Assembly (NCBI RefSeq): GCF_000829315.1
Contig: NZ_AP013028.1
Location: 660,001 to 692,000, forward strand
Reading direction: 5' to 3'
Source of the DNA: Wolbachia endosymbiont of Cimex lectularius
GTDB lineage: Bacteria > Pseudomonadota > Alphaproteobacteria > Rickettsiales > Anaplasmataceae
Length of the DNA: 32,000 bases
A model generated the notes under the pieces. It did not search any database, was not told where the DNA came from, and saw nothing but the letters and a program-made list of their open reading frames with translations. Within the stretch, counting starts at the first letter, position 1, and each line of letters opens with the position of its first letter. The position numbers and the translations under genes are program-made. Below, piece after piece: positions 1 through 9,144 of this stretch.

Positions 1-267
1 TATGTTGATGAAGAAGGTAACTACGCCAACTTGCAGTTTCCTTGCAATCCAAACGGATCTACGTACGATCTGGCAGCCTTATCAGATAAAAGTGGTAGAG
101 TACTGGCTTTAATGCCTCATCCGGAGAGAGGGATATTTTTCACTCAGCAGGACAACTGGCCGCTTGAAAAGGAGAAAAGCAAGCGCTTAGATGCCGCTAT
201 GCCAAAATATGGCGATGGAATGCTTATATTTGAAAATGCACTGAAATATTTTGCACAGGCGTTGTAA
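1..267 (+). CDS. purQ: Phosphoribosylformylglycinamidine synthase, glutamine amidotransferase subunit, C-terminal part (5' end outside window)
   Basis: Open from base 1 (YVDEEGNYANLQFPCNPNGS...) with GRVLALMPHPERG motif typical of the FGAM synthase amidotransferase domain; stop at 265-267. Confidence 0.8.
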   Translation, partial: YVDEEGNYANLQFPCNPNGSTYDLAALSDKSGRVLALMPHPERGIFFTQQDNWPLEKEKSKRLDAAMPKYGDGMLIFENALKYFAQAL

Positions 268-306
268 CACGACACAATGTTACATAGTAAACGGTGTTAC
301 CCAACA

Positions 307-802
307 GAAACAAAAAAACTACTTGACAACCTTCGCCAGTCCCCTTACAATAGAATTGTGGGTGTTTTAAGCCTAAAATTTATCTTTAATCTTTGTATTA
401 AGTGACAAAAGCACAGTATAAAACAAGGCGTGTTATGTTTAATTTTTGCAGCATGGACATTGCATGTCTTTATAATTTTTTGTCTACATTAGCTGGACCT
501 CGCTTATTAAGCGGTGTAAGAGAGAACCGGACGCCAAGTTTTTGAGAGAACAGTAAACAACTCACATTGCGGGGTTTCTTTTGTCTTTTTTCAAAATTCG
601 TTAAAAATTTAACTAATCTCATTTTTTTTACAAAAAAATTGCTTGACAAGTTTTGACGTTTCCCTTATCATGAAATTATGGGTATTTACAACCCCAAGGT
701 CAGCTACTTGTCAAGCGTATAGAACATTAACGCCAAGTTATTAAAATAGATATTGACCGGGGCTTCTTTTGCTTTTTTTTCGTGTAGTTTAGGTTATGCA
801 AC
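307..802 (-). repeat. Modular intergenic repeat, reverse orientation copy
   Basis: Begins GAAACAAAAAACTACTTGACAAC (307-329), ends AGTTTAGGTTATGCAAC (786-802); reverse complements of the two ends of the 10571-11152 copy. Confidence 0.7.
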
Positions 803-882
803 GTGTCTACTCTCTAGTTTCACTATGAAACAATTGAATTGACTTTATATGAACAATCAGTATAACTTAGTTAACTTGTATC

Positions 883-954
883 GACTCTTTCGTCTAGTGG
901 TTAGGACACCACCCTTTCACGGTGGTAACACGGGTTCAAATCCCGTAAGAGTCA
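883..954 (+). tRNA. tRNA-Glu (TTC)
   Basis: Acceptor arms GACTCTT (883-889)/AAGAGTC (947-953), anticodon loop CTTTCAC (914-920), T-arm CGGGTTCAAATCCCG. Confidence 0.95.
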
Positions 955-1414
955 CTCGTCATGTTTTATGGATCTCTCTTATAATGATTTTAGCATGGCA
1001 TAAATCCGCCACAATAGCCTGTTTTGCCACCCATAGAACCTTTTGCTTCTAATTGTTTACCTAAAGTTTACCATTTTCTTTCCATAATCTGTTAATTTTT
1101 TTAAAAAAGTGGGTACTTTTTTGCTATTTTGAGAAAAGTAAATAAACGCATTTGTTGTGACGCTAAAGACGACCTGTTTTTGCATGAACATGGTTGATCT
1201 AGTTAAGATCTAACTCAATATTAAAGAAGCGTAAAGTAGTACACCACACCTGCAGCACACTACCCGCATTTTTACTTTTTCACATTCAGCCTTAATAATT
1301 AGCGACGCCATGAAGCCTGCAAGTAACTAGTTTGTGATCTGCCATTATCACTATTGTCAGAGTTGCCAGCTTGTGACCTGCGCAACTGTCTACGCGATGT
1401 TACCCGTACTTCCC

Positions 1415-2344
1415 TTAACCTGCTCTTAGATCTAACTGATCACTATTGTCAGCTCGTGATCTGCTAATATCACTATCGTCAGAGTCGTTAGAACGTGAAA
1501 ATCTCGGTAACCTATTAGACGATATTGACTGCACTTCACTTAACTCGCTGCTTAGATCTGACTGATCGCTATCGCTACCAGAGTTTGACAGGCTCGATGA
1601 GCTCTCTTCCATTTCTCTATTACGCCTTTTTTCTAATGAGATAAGGATATATACTTCTACACCTTTGTCATCAATTCTGTTCCATCTTAAATCAAGTGAA
1701 GTAAGCCGTGAAAGATTACCATTAGCTAAAGCCTCTGCACCTTTTTTACTAATATTATTACCCATAAGATCAAGTTCAGTGAGACGTATAAGATTACCGT
1801 TAGCTAAGGCTTCTACACCTTTATTACCAATACGGTTGTTATTTAAATTAAGTGAAGTAAGACGTGCAAGATTGCTATCAGCTAAAGCCTCTGCACCCTT
1901 TTCACCAATATCATTACTCGATAAATTAAGCTCAGTAAGCCGTGAAAGATTACCATTAGCTAGAGCCTCTGCACCTTTATCACCAATTTCGTTGAAACGT
2001 AAGTCAAGTTTAGTAAGACGTGTGAGATTACCATTAGCTAGAGCCTCTACACTTTTGTACCTAATATGGTTGCATTTTAAATTAAGCTCAGCAAGATGTA
2101 CAAGATTGCCATTAGCTAACGCCTCTACTCCTTTTTCTCCAATATTATTATTCTGTAAATCAAGTGAAGTAAGATGTGTAAGCTTAGCCAATTCTCTCGC
2201 GTCTTCATTATTAATGCTTGCTATTTTTAAAGTAAGTTTTGTAATATATGTGTTACTTCGTAAAAAGCCTACTAGCTCTTTTACATTAACTCTAGTCCAT
2301 GATATTTCTAAAGCGTTACCTTTGACATATTGGTTAAAATCCAC
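1415..2344 (-). CDS. Leucine-rich repeat protein, RI/NLR-type repeats, with Ser/Asp/Glu-rich C-terminal tail
   Basis: Tandem ~28-aa units such as 'LTRLTKLDLRFNEIGDKGAEALANGN'; tail 'MEESSSSLSNSGSDSDQSDLSSELSEVQ...'. Confidence 0.85.
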   Translation of the reverse strand: MDFNQYVKGNALEISWTRVNVKELVGFLRSNTYITKLTLKIASINNEDARELAKLTHLTSLDLQNNNIGEKGVEALANGNLVHLAELNLKCNHIRYKSVEALANGNLTRLTKLDLRFNEIGDKGAEALANGNLSRLTELNLSSNDIGEKGAEALADSNLARLTSLNLNNNRIGNKGVEALANGNLIRLTELDLMGNNISKKGAEALANGNLSRLTSLDLRWNRIDDKGVEVYILISLEKRRNREMEESSSSLSNSGSDSDQSDLSSELSEVQSISSNRLPRFSRSNDSDDSDISRSRADNSDQLDLRAG

Positions 2345-2512
2345 TTTACCCTCCGATTAATATATTATGGGAATACCTTATATGGCATTTTAGTAACTGT
2401 CAACCACTTTATATAATGCTAGAAATTATATAAGATTTATATGTAAAAAAGCTCACACACCTCTTTTCTCAGCAGCTTTTTCTGTTGAGCTGTAGGACTT
2501 CTCAGAACCTGT

Positions 2513-2977
2513 TTAAAATCTTCGTAACAGGAGAGAAATGAAGGAGAGGACTATCATCTGTAAGCTAGTGTTGAGCTTCCGCTCGCAATTTTTCCACAAT
2601 CGCCTGCACTTTTCTAACCAGGCAAAAGAGCGTTCAACAACCCATCTTTTTGGCAATACGACGAAAGTGTGTAACTCACTTCGCTTTATTACTTCAACAG
2701 TCGCACCAATGATAGCTTTTATTTGTGTTGCAAAATTTTCTCCTGTGTAGCCAGCATCAACCAGTATGTTTTTAACTTCAGAGAGGTTTGCTTTAGCATT
2801 TTCGACCATTTTCACAGCACTGCTACGGTCAGTTGCTTCTGCCGTTGTTACATAAATTGCATGTGGCAAACCTTGTGTATCAACTGCAATATGGCGCTTT
2901 ATCCCTGAAATCTTTTTACCTGCATCATAGCCTTTTTTTTTCAGCAGTATCTGCGTTTTTAACGCTTTGAGAATCAA
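2513..2977 (-). CDS. IS5-like transposase, downstream ORF (154-aa reading)
   Basis: 'KKKGYDAGKKISGIKRHIAVDTQGLPHAIYVTTAEATDRSS...' DDE transposase C-terminal region. Confidence 0.8.
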   Translation of the reverse strand: MILKALKTQILLKKKGYDAGKKISGIKRHIAVDTQGLPHAIYVTTAEATDRSSAVKMVENAKANLSEVKNILVDAGYTGENFATQIKAIIGATVEVIKRSELHTFVVLPKRWVVERSFAWLEKCRRLWKNCERKLNTSLQMIVLSFISLLLRRF

Positions 2978-2988
2978 TTATACAAAAG

Positions 2989-3309
2989 CTAGTTTTCTCT
3001 TTCCGACCATTGCTGATACGGACCTCTCCAACTAATTTTTTTTAAGACTAATTCCAACAAGCTTGGCTCTTCTCCATTCTTTTTACTCCACACTCGAAAA
3101 TAGTAATATACGCTTTCCCATCTTGGAAAACCCTTTGGTAACATCCTCCACTGACAACCACTTTTTAAGACGTACAACACCCCACAAAATACGTCATACA
3201 AATCAAGTTTTCTTGGTTTTGTTTTCTGCTTGCTACTCTCCAAAATTGGCCTGATTTTTTCAAACTGCTCTTGACTTATATTACTTGGATAACTTTTCTG
3301 CATAGACAC
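2989..3309 (-). CDS. IS5-like transposase, upstream ORF (106 aa, DUF4096-like)
   Basis: 'YDVFCGVLYVLKSGCQWRMLPKGFPRWESVYYYFRVWSKK'. Confidence 0.85.
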   Translation of the reverse strand: MSMQKSYPSNISQEQFEKIRPILESSKQKTKPRKLDLYDVFCGVLYVLKSGCQWRMLPKGFPRWESVYYYFRVWSKKNGEEPSLLELVLKKISWRGPYQQWSEREN

Positions 3310-3365
3310 CTCATTATTAATCTATGCTTACTTTACCTCACATTTCCAAGATTTTAAACAGGTTC

Positions 3366-3565
3366 TAAGACGTACAACACCCCACAAAATACATCATACA
3401 AATCAAGTTTTCTTGGTTTTGTTTTCTGCTTGCTACTCTCCAAAATTGGCCTGATTTTTTCAAACTGCTCTTGACTTATATTACTTGGATAACTTTTCTG
3501 CATAGACACCTCATTATTAATCTATGCTTACTTTACCTCACATTTCCAAGATTTTAAACAGGTTC
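3366..3565 (-). mobile_element. Partial second copy of the same IS end (200 bp), abutting copy 1
   Basis: TAAGACGTACAACACCCCACAAAATACATCAT...AAACAGGTTC repeats the terminal part of copy 1; followed by TCA at 3566-3568, matching the TCA left of copy 1. Confidence 0.85.
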
Positions 3566-3633
3566 TCAAGCTGTTTACTCATAATAGCGGTATTTTGGCT
3601 TTCCTGAAGTCTATCAATTTTAGATGGTCTGGT

Positions 3634-3858
3634 ACAACTGTACGAACATTGTGATTTGAGCTTACCACTAGGGTGTCATGCCAGTGTCAAGCACTGGCAT
3701 CCAGGAATTTTATTAAGTTGGTGAGTATAAAAGTAGCTGTTTTATGTTAAAATACGACGTTTTGATGATTAGGAAAGGCTGGATCCCAGTGTCGGAGCAC
3801 TGGGATGACACCGTCTGTTACGCGAATTACCTGCTAATTGCAATGTTCGTACAGTTGT
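3634..3858. mobile_element. Small non-autonomous, MITE-like element
   Basis: 18 bp perfect TIRs ACAACTGTACGAACATTG (3634-3651) / CAATGTTCGTACAGTTGT (3841-3858); flanked by direct repeats GATGGTCTGGT (3623-3633 and 3859-3869); two internal palindromes. Confidence 0.65.
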
Positions 3859-4132
3859 GATGGTCTGGTTGGGATGTCTTCCTATAAAAATTTGGCTTAT
3901 CTTTTACATCTAAACAGCATTAACACGATTTGGCTTTTTGTAGATTTTCTAGGAATTATCCTATTGAATTCTATGATATTATTTTTTGTAACATTGTTAT
4001 AAACATCATGGTGAGGGGGGCTGGAGGAATTTACCAAGTGATTTTTCTATGCTACCTGGTGTTGCGCAACTGCTTTGCTTGCTTTGGCCATATATTTATA
4101 TAAAATTAAAACAAATCAGAACCATAAATTGG

Positions 4133-5452
4133 ATGTTAACAAGATTCGCTCCAAGCCCAACTGGCTATCTTCATGTAGGAAACGTCCGCACTACACTCAT
4201 TTGCTGGATGTACGTACGTAGTCAAAACGGAAAGTTTCTACTTCGTTTCGACGATACTGATCTCCAGCGTTCAGATGTTAAATACGTAGACAGCATCATA
4301 CAAGACTTGAAATGGGTCGGTATAGATTGGGATTCAAACTTTAAGCAATCAGAGCGTTTTGAGCGCTACAATGAGGTGTTTTTGCAGTTAATAAAAGAAG
4401 GACATATTTATGAGTGCTATGAAACAAGAGAAGAACTAGACATTAAACGCAAATTGCAACTAAAACAGGGCCTACCACCGGTATATGACAGGAGCGCATT
4501 ATTTCTCACTGAGCAAGAGAAAATTCATTATGAACAGGAAGGGCGAAGACCACATTTTAGATTTAAGTTGGATAGAAGCGAAGTTATTAACTGGAATGAT
4601 GAAGTTAAAGGTGAAATAAACATGGCAACAAGTCACATCAGTGATCCCATAGTAAAAAGAGAAGATGGAATTTACACATACATGTTACCTTCTGTTATTG
4701 ATGATATTGACTTTAATGTAACCCATGTTGTACGCGGGGAAGATCATGTAACTAATACCGCAGTGCAGATACAAATGATTCAAGCATTAAAAGCGAAAAT
4801 TCAGAAGTTTGCTCACCTTTCTCTGCTGCATTTTGATGATAGCAAAATATCAAAACGCAAAGGTGGATTGGATATCAAATCCATCAAAGAAGATGAAATT
4901 GAACCAATGGCACTAGCTAGTTATTTAGCAAAACTTGGAACTTCAGACCCTATCGAGGCTCATGTTAGCATTCAGTCTTTAATTGACTCATTTGATATTG
5001 AAAAATTTAGCTCAGCATCTGCGCAGTTTAGCTTAAGTGAAGTGTATAAGCTAAATAGCAAAGTCCTACAACAAATGTCATTTGCAATGGTGGAAGAGCG
5101 TCTAAATCAAATTGGAGTGAACTCCTCGGAGTTTTGGTATTTTATAAGAAGCAATATAGAAAGATTTTCTGAGGTAGCCAAGTGGTGGCAGATATGTAAG
5201 TTCAATATAGAACCTGTAATTCTCGATAAGGAATTTGCAAAAGTTGCTCTCAATGCATTGCCTCAAGGTGATTGTAATGAGAACACATTGTCAGAGTGGG
5301 TCAAAGCTATTCAACGGACAGTGGATATAAAGGCAAAAGACTTGTTTATGCAGCTACGTTTAGCCCTAACAGGGACAAAAACAGGTCCAGAACTCGCTAA
5401 ATTATTAATTTTTATCGGCAGAGAGAACATCATTACAAGGTTAAAGGAATAA
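4133..5452 (+). CDS. gltX: Glutamate--tRNA ligase
   Basis: [25 protein letters not shown] (HIGH-like) and SKRKGG; the ORF track starts at 4049 but ATG 4133 fits family starts better. Confidence 0.9.
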   Translation: MLTRFAPSPTGYLHVGNVRTTLICWMYVRSQNGKFLLRFDDTDLQRSDVKYVDSIIQDLKWVGIDWDSNFKQSERFERYNEVFLQLIKEGHIYECYETREELDIKRKLQLKQGLPPVYDRSALFLTEQEKIHYEQEGRRPHFRFKLDRSEVINWNDEVKGEINMATSHISDPIVKREDGIYTYMLPSVIDDIDFNVTHVVRGEDHVTNTAVQIQMIQALKAKIQKFAHLSLLHFDDSKISKRKGGLDIKSIKEDEIEPMALASYLAKLGTSDPIEAHVSIQSLIDSFDIEKFSSASAQFSLSEVYKLNSKVLQQMSFAMVEERLNQIGVNSSEFWYFIRSNIERFSEVAKWWQICKFNIEPVILDKEFAKVALNALPQGDCNENTLSEWVKAIQRTVDIKAKDLFMQLRLALTGTKTGPELAKLLIFIGRENIITRLKE

Positions 5453-5641
5453 GGTGGAACTTTTTCTGATACCAACCTCGTCATTGGGAAGGCAAATAGA
5501 GCGCATCATAGATTCGCTAAACCTCTAGGCAAAAGGCGATTTTTTTTAATTTGTCCATGGGGATTTAGTACCAGAAGGTTGTTTGAGTTATAAAGAGTAT
5601 AAGGTGAACTATTGTAGCGGGTTTTGTGAAATATTATATGG

Positions 5642-5714
5642 TGGAGGCAAGCGGGGTCGAACCGCTGACCTTCTGCGTGCAAAACAGATGCTCTACCAAC
5701 TGAGCTATGCCCCC
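5642..5714 (-). tRNA. tRNA-Ala (TGC)
   Basis: Reverse complement GGGGGCATAGCTCAGTTGGTAGAGCATCTGTTTTGCACGCAGAAGGTCAGCGGTTCGACCCCGCTTGCCTCCA; CCA directly follows at 5639-5641. Confidence 0.95.
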
Positions 5715-5821
5715 TAGGTAACTCTTACTTAAAGGATAAACTAACCCAGGCTGGAATACAAGAAATATTTATCTATTACATAATCTGCTTTCTGCCATAA
5801 TGCAAGAGATCTAATGTCACA

Positions 5822-6229
5822 TTAACTAGATCTTAAGTTAGTTAAAAAAAGATAGTCTTGATAAAATTTACTTGCGGCAAGCCTTTTTATATTCGGGCTA
5901 TCGGGTTGCTTTTTCTTATACCCTAATTTGTAGCTTATTGAATCCTTATACGAGCCGATCGTTTTGTATACCTTATCCATTTCCTTAGGATTAGCTATTG
6001 CGATACACAATCCTGCTACTACAGCAAAAGCTAAAGTAGTAAACACTAAAAAACTCTTTCCGCCAACTTTTTTTTCTTGTATACCCGTAGTGTGTAGCTC
6101 GTCTGATTCTTGTAAGTATTCATGCCATGTATGGTTGCAGTTTGTACACTTTACTTTCCTTCCAAGCTTGCCTATTTGCTCGGAGGATACTAAGTAAGTT
6201 TTAGTACAATTGTTGCATTGTATTTTCAC
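5822..6229 (-). CDS. MJ0042-type zinc-ribbon domain protein with one transmembrane segment
   Basis: 'MKIQCNNCTKTYLVSSEQIGKLGRKVKCTNCNHTWHE' followed by hydrophobic 'FLVFTTLAFAVVAGLCIAIA'. Confidence 0.75.
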   Translation of the reverse strand: MKIQCNNCTKTYLVSSEQIGKLGRKVKCTNCNHTWHEYLQESDELHTTGIQEKKVGGKSFLVFTTLAFAVVAGLCIAIANPKEMDKVYKTIGSYKDSISYKLGYKKKQPDSPNIKRLAASKFYQDYLFLTNLRSS

Positions 6230-6299
6230 AGCACTTACACATGAGTAGTAACAAGTTCAAGTTATACAAAACTATAAACTTATTGTCAATATATAATAA

Positions 6300-7130
6300 A
6301 TGGAATACCTGCAGCTAGAAAAAATACAAAGTGACGTGGAAGATATCTGGAAAAACAGGCATGAGCTTGGCGATCGGAGTGTAAAAAAAGCAGCAAAAGT
6401 GGTAATTAGAGAGGTAATTAAGCTCTTGGACAGTGGCAAAATTAGAGTGGCAGAAAAGCTGTCAGGTGGAAAGTGGGTAGTGCATACATGGATAAAGCAG
6501 GCAATATTATTACATTTTCTCACTGAAGAGAGCAAAATAATAGGCAATAACAATTGGTGGTGTGATAAAATCAACAATAAGTTTGATGGATGGAATGAAG
6601 AAAGGTTCTGCCAGTCAAAAATTAGAGCGGTTCCTGGGTGTTTTGTCCGTCAATCTGCCTACATAGGTACAAATGTTGTTCTGATGCCAAGTTTTGTTAA
6701 TGTTGGTGCTTATATTGATTCAGGCACAATGATAGATACTTGGTCAACGATTGGTAGCTGCGCACAAGTGGGGAAAAACTGCCATATTTCTGGAGGAGTG
6801 GGAATCGGAGGAGTTTTAGAACCTATTCAAGCTTCTCCAGTTATTATAGAGGATAATTGCTTCATTGGAGCGCGCAGCGAGATAGCCGAAGGTGTTATAA
6901 TAAGAGAAGGAGCGGTTTTAGGCATGGGAGTTTTTATTGGGGCATCAACAAAAATTATTGATAGAGAAACAAATAAAGTACTTTATGGCGAAGTGCCGCC
7001 TTATTCTGTGGTGGTATCAGGATCTATCCCATCTAAAAATAACATTTCAACCTATTGCGCAGTTATAATAAAAAAAGTGGATGAAAAGACAAGATCGAAA
7101 ACTTCTATAAATGAAATATTGAGAAATTAA
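6300..7130 (+). CDS. dapD: 2,3,4,5-tetrahydropyridine-2,6-dicarboxylate N-succinyltransferase
   Basis: Left-handed beta-helix sequence '[62 protein letters not shown]'. Confidence 0.95.
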   Translation: MEYLQLEKIQSDVEDIWKNRHELGDRSVKKAAKVVIREVIKLLDSGKIRVAEKLSGGKWVVHTWIKQAILLHFLTEESKIIGNNNWWCDKINNKFDGWNEERFCQSKIRAVPGCFVRQSAYIGTNVVLMPSFVNVGAYIDSGTMIDTWSTIGSCAQVGKNCHISGGVGIGGVLEPIQASPVIIEDNCFIGARSEIAEGVIIREGAVLGMGVFIGASTKIIDRETNKVLYGEVPPYSVVVSGSIPSKNNISTYCAVIIKKVDEKTRSKTSINEILRN

Positions 7131-7175
7131 ACTGCTTCGCTAGATCTCCTGAATTATGGCAAGAATACAAGGGAT

Positions 7176-7457
7176 CTATTTCTTGTTGTCATTTTTTTTA
7201 TCATTACTAACTATAGTAATGGCATACGCACAAAGCTCTGGGAAAGAAACTCCATTTTCCTGAGACAATTTGTATAATTTCTGCAAGCTTTCTTTTACTT
7301 TACTTGGGATATTGCCTCCACGCTCTTTTACAAGCCAGGAATCTTGATGATGAATTGGATGAGTGTCGCTTTTTGGATTCCCTATGTATATTACAAAAGG
7401 CGAGTTTTGTCCCTTGAAATCACATTGTACAGTAAATTTTTTTATGGAATCAGCCAT
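7176..7457 (-). CDS. DUF2610-like conserved small protein
   Basis: 'MADSIKKFTVQCDFKGQNSPFVIYIGNPKSDTHPIHHQDSWLVKERGG...'; family assignment from memory. Confidence 0.65.
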   Translation of the reverse strand: MADSIKKFTVQCDFKGQNSPFVIYIGNPKSDTHPIHHQDSWLVKERGGNIPSKVKESLQKLYKLSQENGVSFPELCAYAITIVSNDKKNDNKK

Positions 7458-7841
7458 CTAAAGACCTCTACTTTTCTTTTTGGTTGGTTTTACAACAGGT
7501 GTAGAAGGTGGTTTCTTTATGAAATCTTGCCTGCTGATGACATTCTCTTTGCCTTCTAGAGCTCGAAGGACATCAGCTCTGCTCAATTGCGATTCTTTTG
7601 CTACCTTCATTCCATGCTTTGCCATAATATTAGCATACGCTAGCACTTTTTTTACCAATTCTAGATCACCATTTAACATTTGAACTAGAGCTTGAAATAC
7701 CTCTGCTAAAGTCAACCCATCAGCGCTTATAACCTTGTTTTCTACAAATTTAACAACCTCCTCAAATTTGTATTCAATGCCATCATTTTGATGTGTAAGG
7801 GCGGTATCTTGGTCGTCCATAGCTGAAGCACTATTATCCAT
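7458..7841 (-). CDS. Hypothetical protein, directly upstream of the DUF2610-like gene
   Basis: 127-aa ORF with Rickettsiales-like composition; immediately abuts the next gene on the same strand. Confidence 0.6.
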   Translation of the reverse strand: MDNSASAMDDQDTALTHQNDGIEYKFEEVVKFVENKVISADGLTLAEVFQALVQMLNGDLELVKKVLAYANIMAKHGMKVAKESQLSRADVLRALEGKENVISRQDFIKKPPSTPVVKPTKKKSRGL

Positions 7842-7921
7842 AAGTTCTCAAGTTTATACTACACATATAAATATTCTAATACTTTATATCATGACATGCT
7901 ATAGTTAAACATTTATTAATA

Positions 7922-9067
7922 ATGCTCACTTATATACACAAGTTAATTGATAAAAACCAAGGGTCAATATCGATCAGTGATTTCATGAATGCTGCTCTAT
8001 ACCATAAAGAGTACGGCTATTATATGAGTAAATTACCACTTGGCAAGGATGGTGATTTTATTACAGCACCTGAAATCAGTCAATTGTTCGGTGAAATAGT
8101 TGCAGTGTGGGTAATGCATACATGGGAAAAATTAGGAAAACCGTCAAAATTTTCTCTGGTTGAACTCGGGCCAGGTAAAGGAACACTTATCCACGATATA
8201 ATAAGAGTTACTAGAAAATACAATGACTTTTTTGATTCAGTGTCGATCCACCTAGTTGAAATAAGTCCTGCTTTACAGGAGGTACAAAAAGAAGAATTAA
8301 AGGGCTTAGATATTAACTGGCATGAAAATATCGATAGCCTACCAGAGCAACCAACCATCTTTCTAGCAAATGAATTTTTTGATGCCCTCCCAATAGACCA
8401 GTTTGTGTATCGTAACGGAGAATGGTATGAAAATAGGGTAGCAAAGCAAGATAACGGGGTGTTATCTAAAGTAGCTGACACTAGGATCCAGAAAAAAGAT
8501 CCCAGTGCCCCCTCTTTGTCATCCCAGTGCGTGACACTGGGATCCAGGAAAAAGGATGATGTCACCCAAATAGCTGACACTAGGATCCAGAAAAAGGAAT
8601 TGTGTGTTCCAGTATCAGCTACTCAGATGACAAACAAAAAACTTTTCGACGGCGCAGTAGTGGAAGTATGTTCGGCTGGAATTGAAATATTAAAAAGACT
8701 TGAGGAGAAGATATACAATAACAAAGGAGCTGCTTTGATCATAGATTATGGTTACGTATATCCTGAGTATAAGAGCACTCTGCAATCGGTAAAGCAACAC
8801 AAGTATGCCAATTTTCTTAAAAATGTTGGTAATAGCGATATTACTGCACTTGTAAACTTTCAAGCGTTAAGAGATTCATTAAAACATGTAGATTGCGAGG
8901 TTTTAACTCAGAGAGAATTTTTATATCTTTTTGGTATAAAAGAAAGAACGCAGGCTTTGATAAAAAATGCAAGTGATGAACAAAAAAATAGGATTTTTGG
9001 TGAATTCCTAAGGTTAACTGAAAACATGGGTACCCTCTTTAAAGTAATGTTGATCAATCATTTATAG
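7922..9067 (+). CDS. SAM-dependent methyltransferase, NDUFAF7/MidA family (PF02636-type), with an in-frame repeat insertion
   Basis: 'LVELGPGKGTLIHDIIR' and 'FLANEFFDALPIDQFV' motifs; repeat-encoded 'ADTRIQKKDPSAPSLSSQCVTLGSRKKDDVTQIADTRIQKK' interrupts the domain. Confidence 0.85.
   Translation: MLTYIHKLIDKNQGSISISDFMNAALYHKEYGYYMSKLPLGKDGDFITAPEISQLFGEIVAVWVMHTWEKLGKPSKFSLVELGPGKGTLIHDIIRVTRKYNDFFDSVSIHLVEISPALQEVQKEELKGLDINWHENIDSLPEQPTIFLANEFFDALPIDQFVYRNGEWYENRVAKQDNGVLSKVADTRIQKKDPSAPSLSSQCVTLGSRKKDDVTQIADTRIQKKELCVPVSATQMTNKKLFDGAVVEVCSAGIEILKRLEEKIYNNKGAALIIDYGYVYPEYKSTLQSVKQHKYANFLKNVGNSDITALVNFQALRDSLKHVDCEVLTQREFLYLFGIKERTQALIKNASDEQKNRIFGEFLRLTENMGTLFKVMLINHL
8471..8620 (+). repeat. 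Palindromic repeat cluster inside the methyltransferase ORF
   Basis: Direct repeats TAGCTGACACTAGGATCCAGAAAAA at 8472-8496 and 8571-8595; palindrome ATCCCAGTG-cgtga-CACTGGGAT at 8521-8543. Outer limits approximate. Confidence 0.8.
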
Positions 9068-9144
9068 TCCTGTGTGGCTTTTATACTATAGCTAAAGGTT
9101 TATCGATATTCTGCTATGTGTTAGTGGCTGAGATACCGATATGG

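Larger units (their letters stand above)
2505..3365 (-). mobile_element. IS5-like insertion sequence, copy 1 (861 bp)
   Basis: Ends GAACCTGTTTAAAATCTT / AAGATTTTAAACAGGTTC; carries the 106-aa and 154-aa transposase ORFs. TCA at 2502-2504 on the left, TAA at 3366-3368 on the right. Confidence 0.9.

Noticed and set aside
849-1052. 67-aa ORF on the plus strand
   Set aside because: It runs straight through a clear tRNA-Glu gene and has no recognisable protein character.
1600-2250. Regularly spaced repeats that could suggest a CRISPR array
   Set aside because: Spacing and coding frame match about 28-aa LRR units; there are no unique spacers between near-identical short repeats and no cas genes.
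1665-2360. 231-aa ORF antisense to the LRR gene
   Set aside because: Its repetitive composition mirrors the LRR DNA repeats read on the opposite strand; long antisense ORFs are expected from such repeats.
2538-3254. Plus-strand ORFs of 60-70 aa inside the IS (2538..2750, 2723..2908, 3063..3254 and equivalents in other copies)
   Set aside because: They are opposite-strand readings of the transposase and recur only because the IS recurs.
4049-4132. N-terminal extension of GltX in the track
   Set aside because: [11 protein letters not shown] at 4133 is the canonical start region; the extension overlaps repeat-like sequence.
8080-8580. 166-aa antisense ORF in the methyltransferase gene
   Set aside because: The sense strand carries a well-supported protein; the antisense frame has no family motifs.
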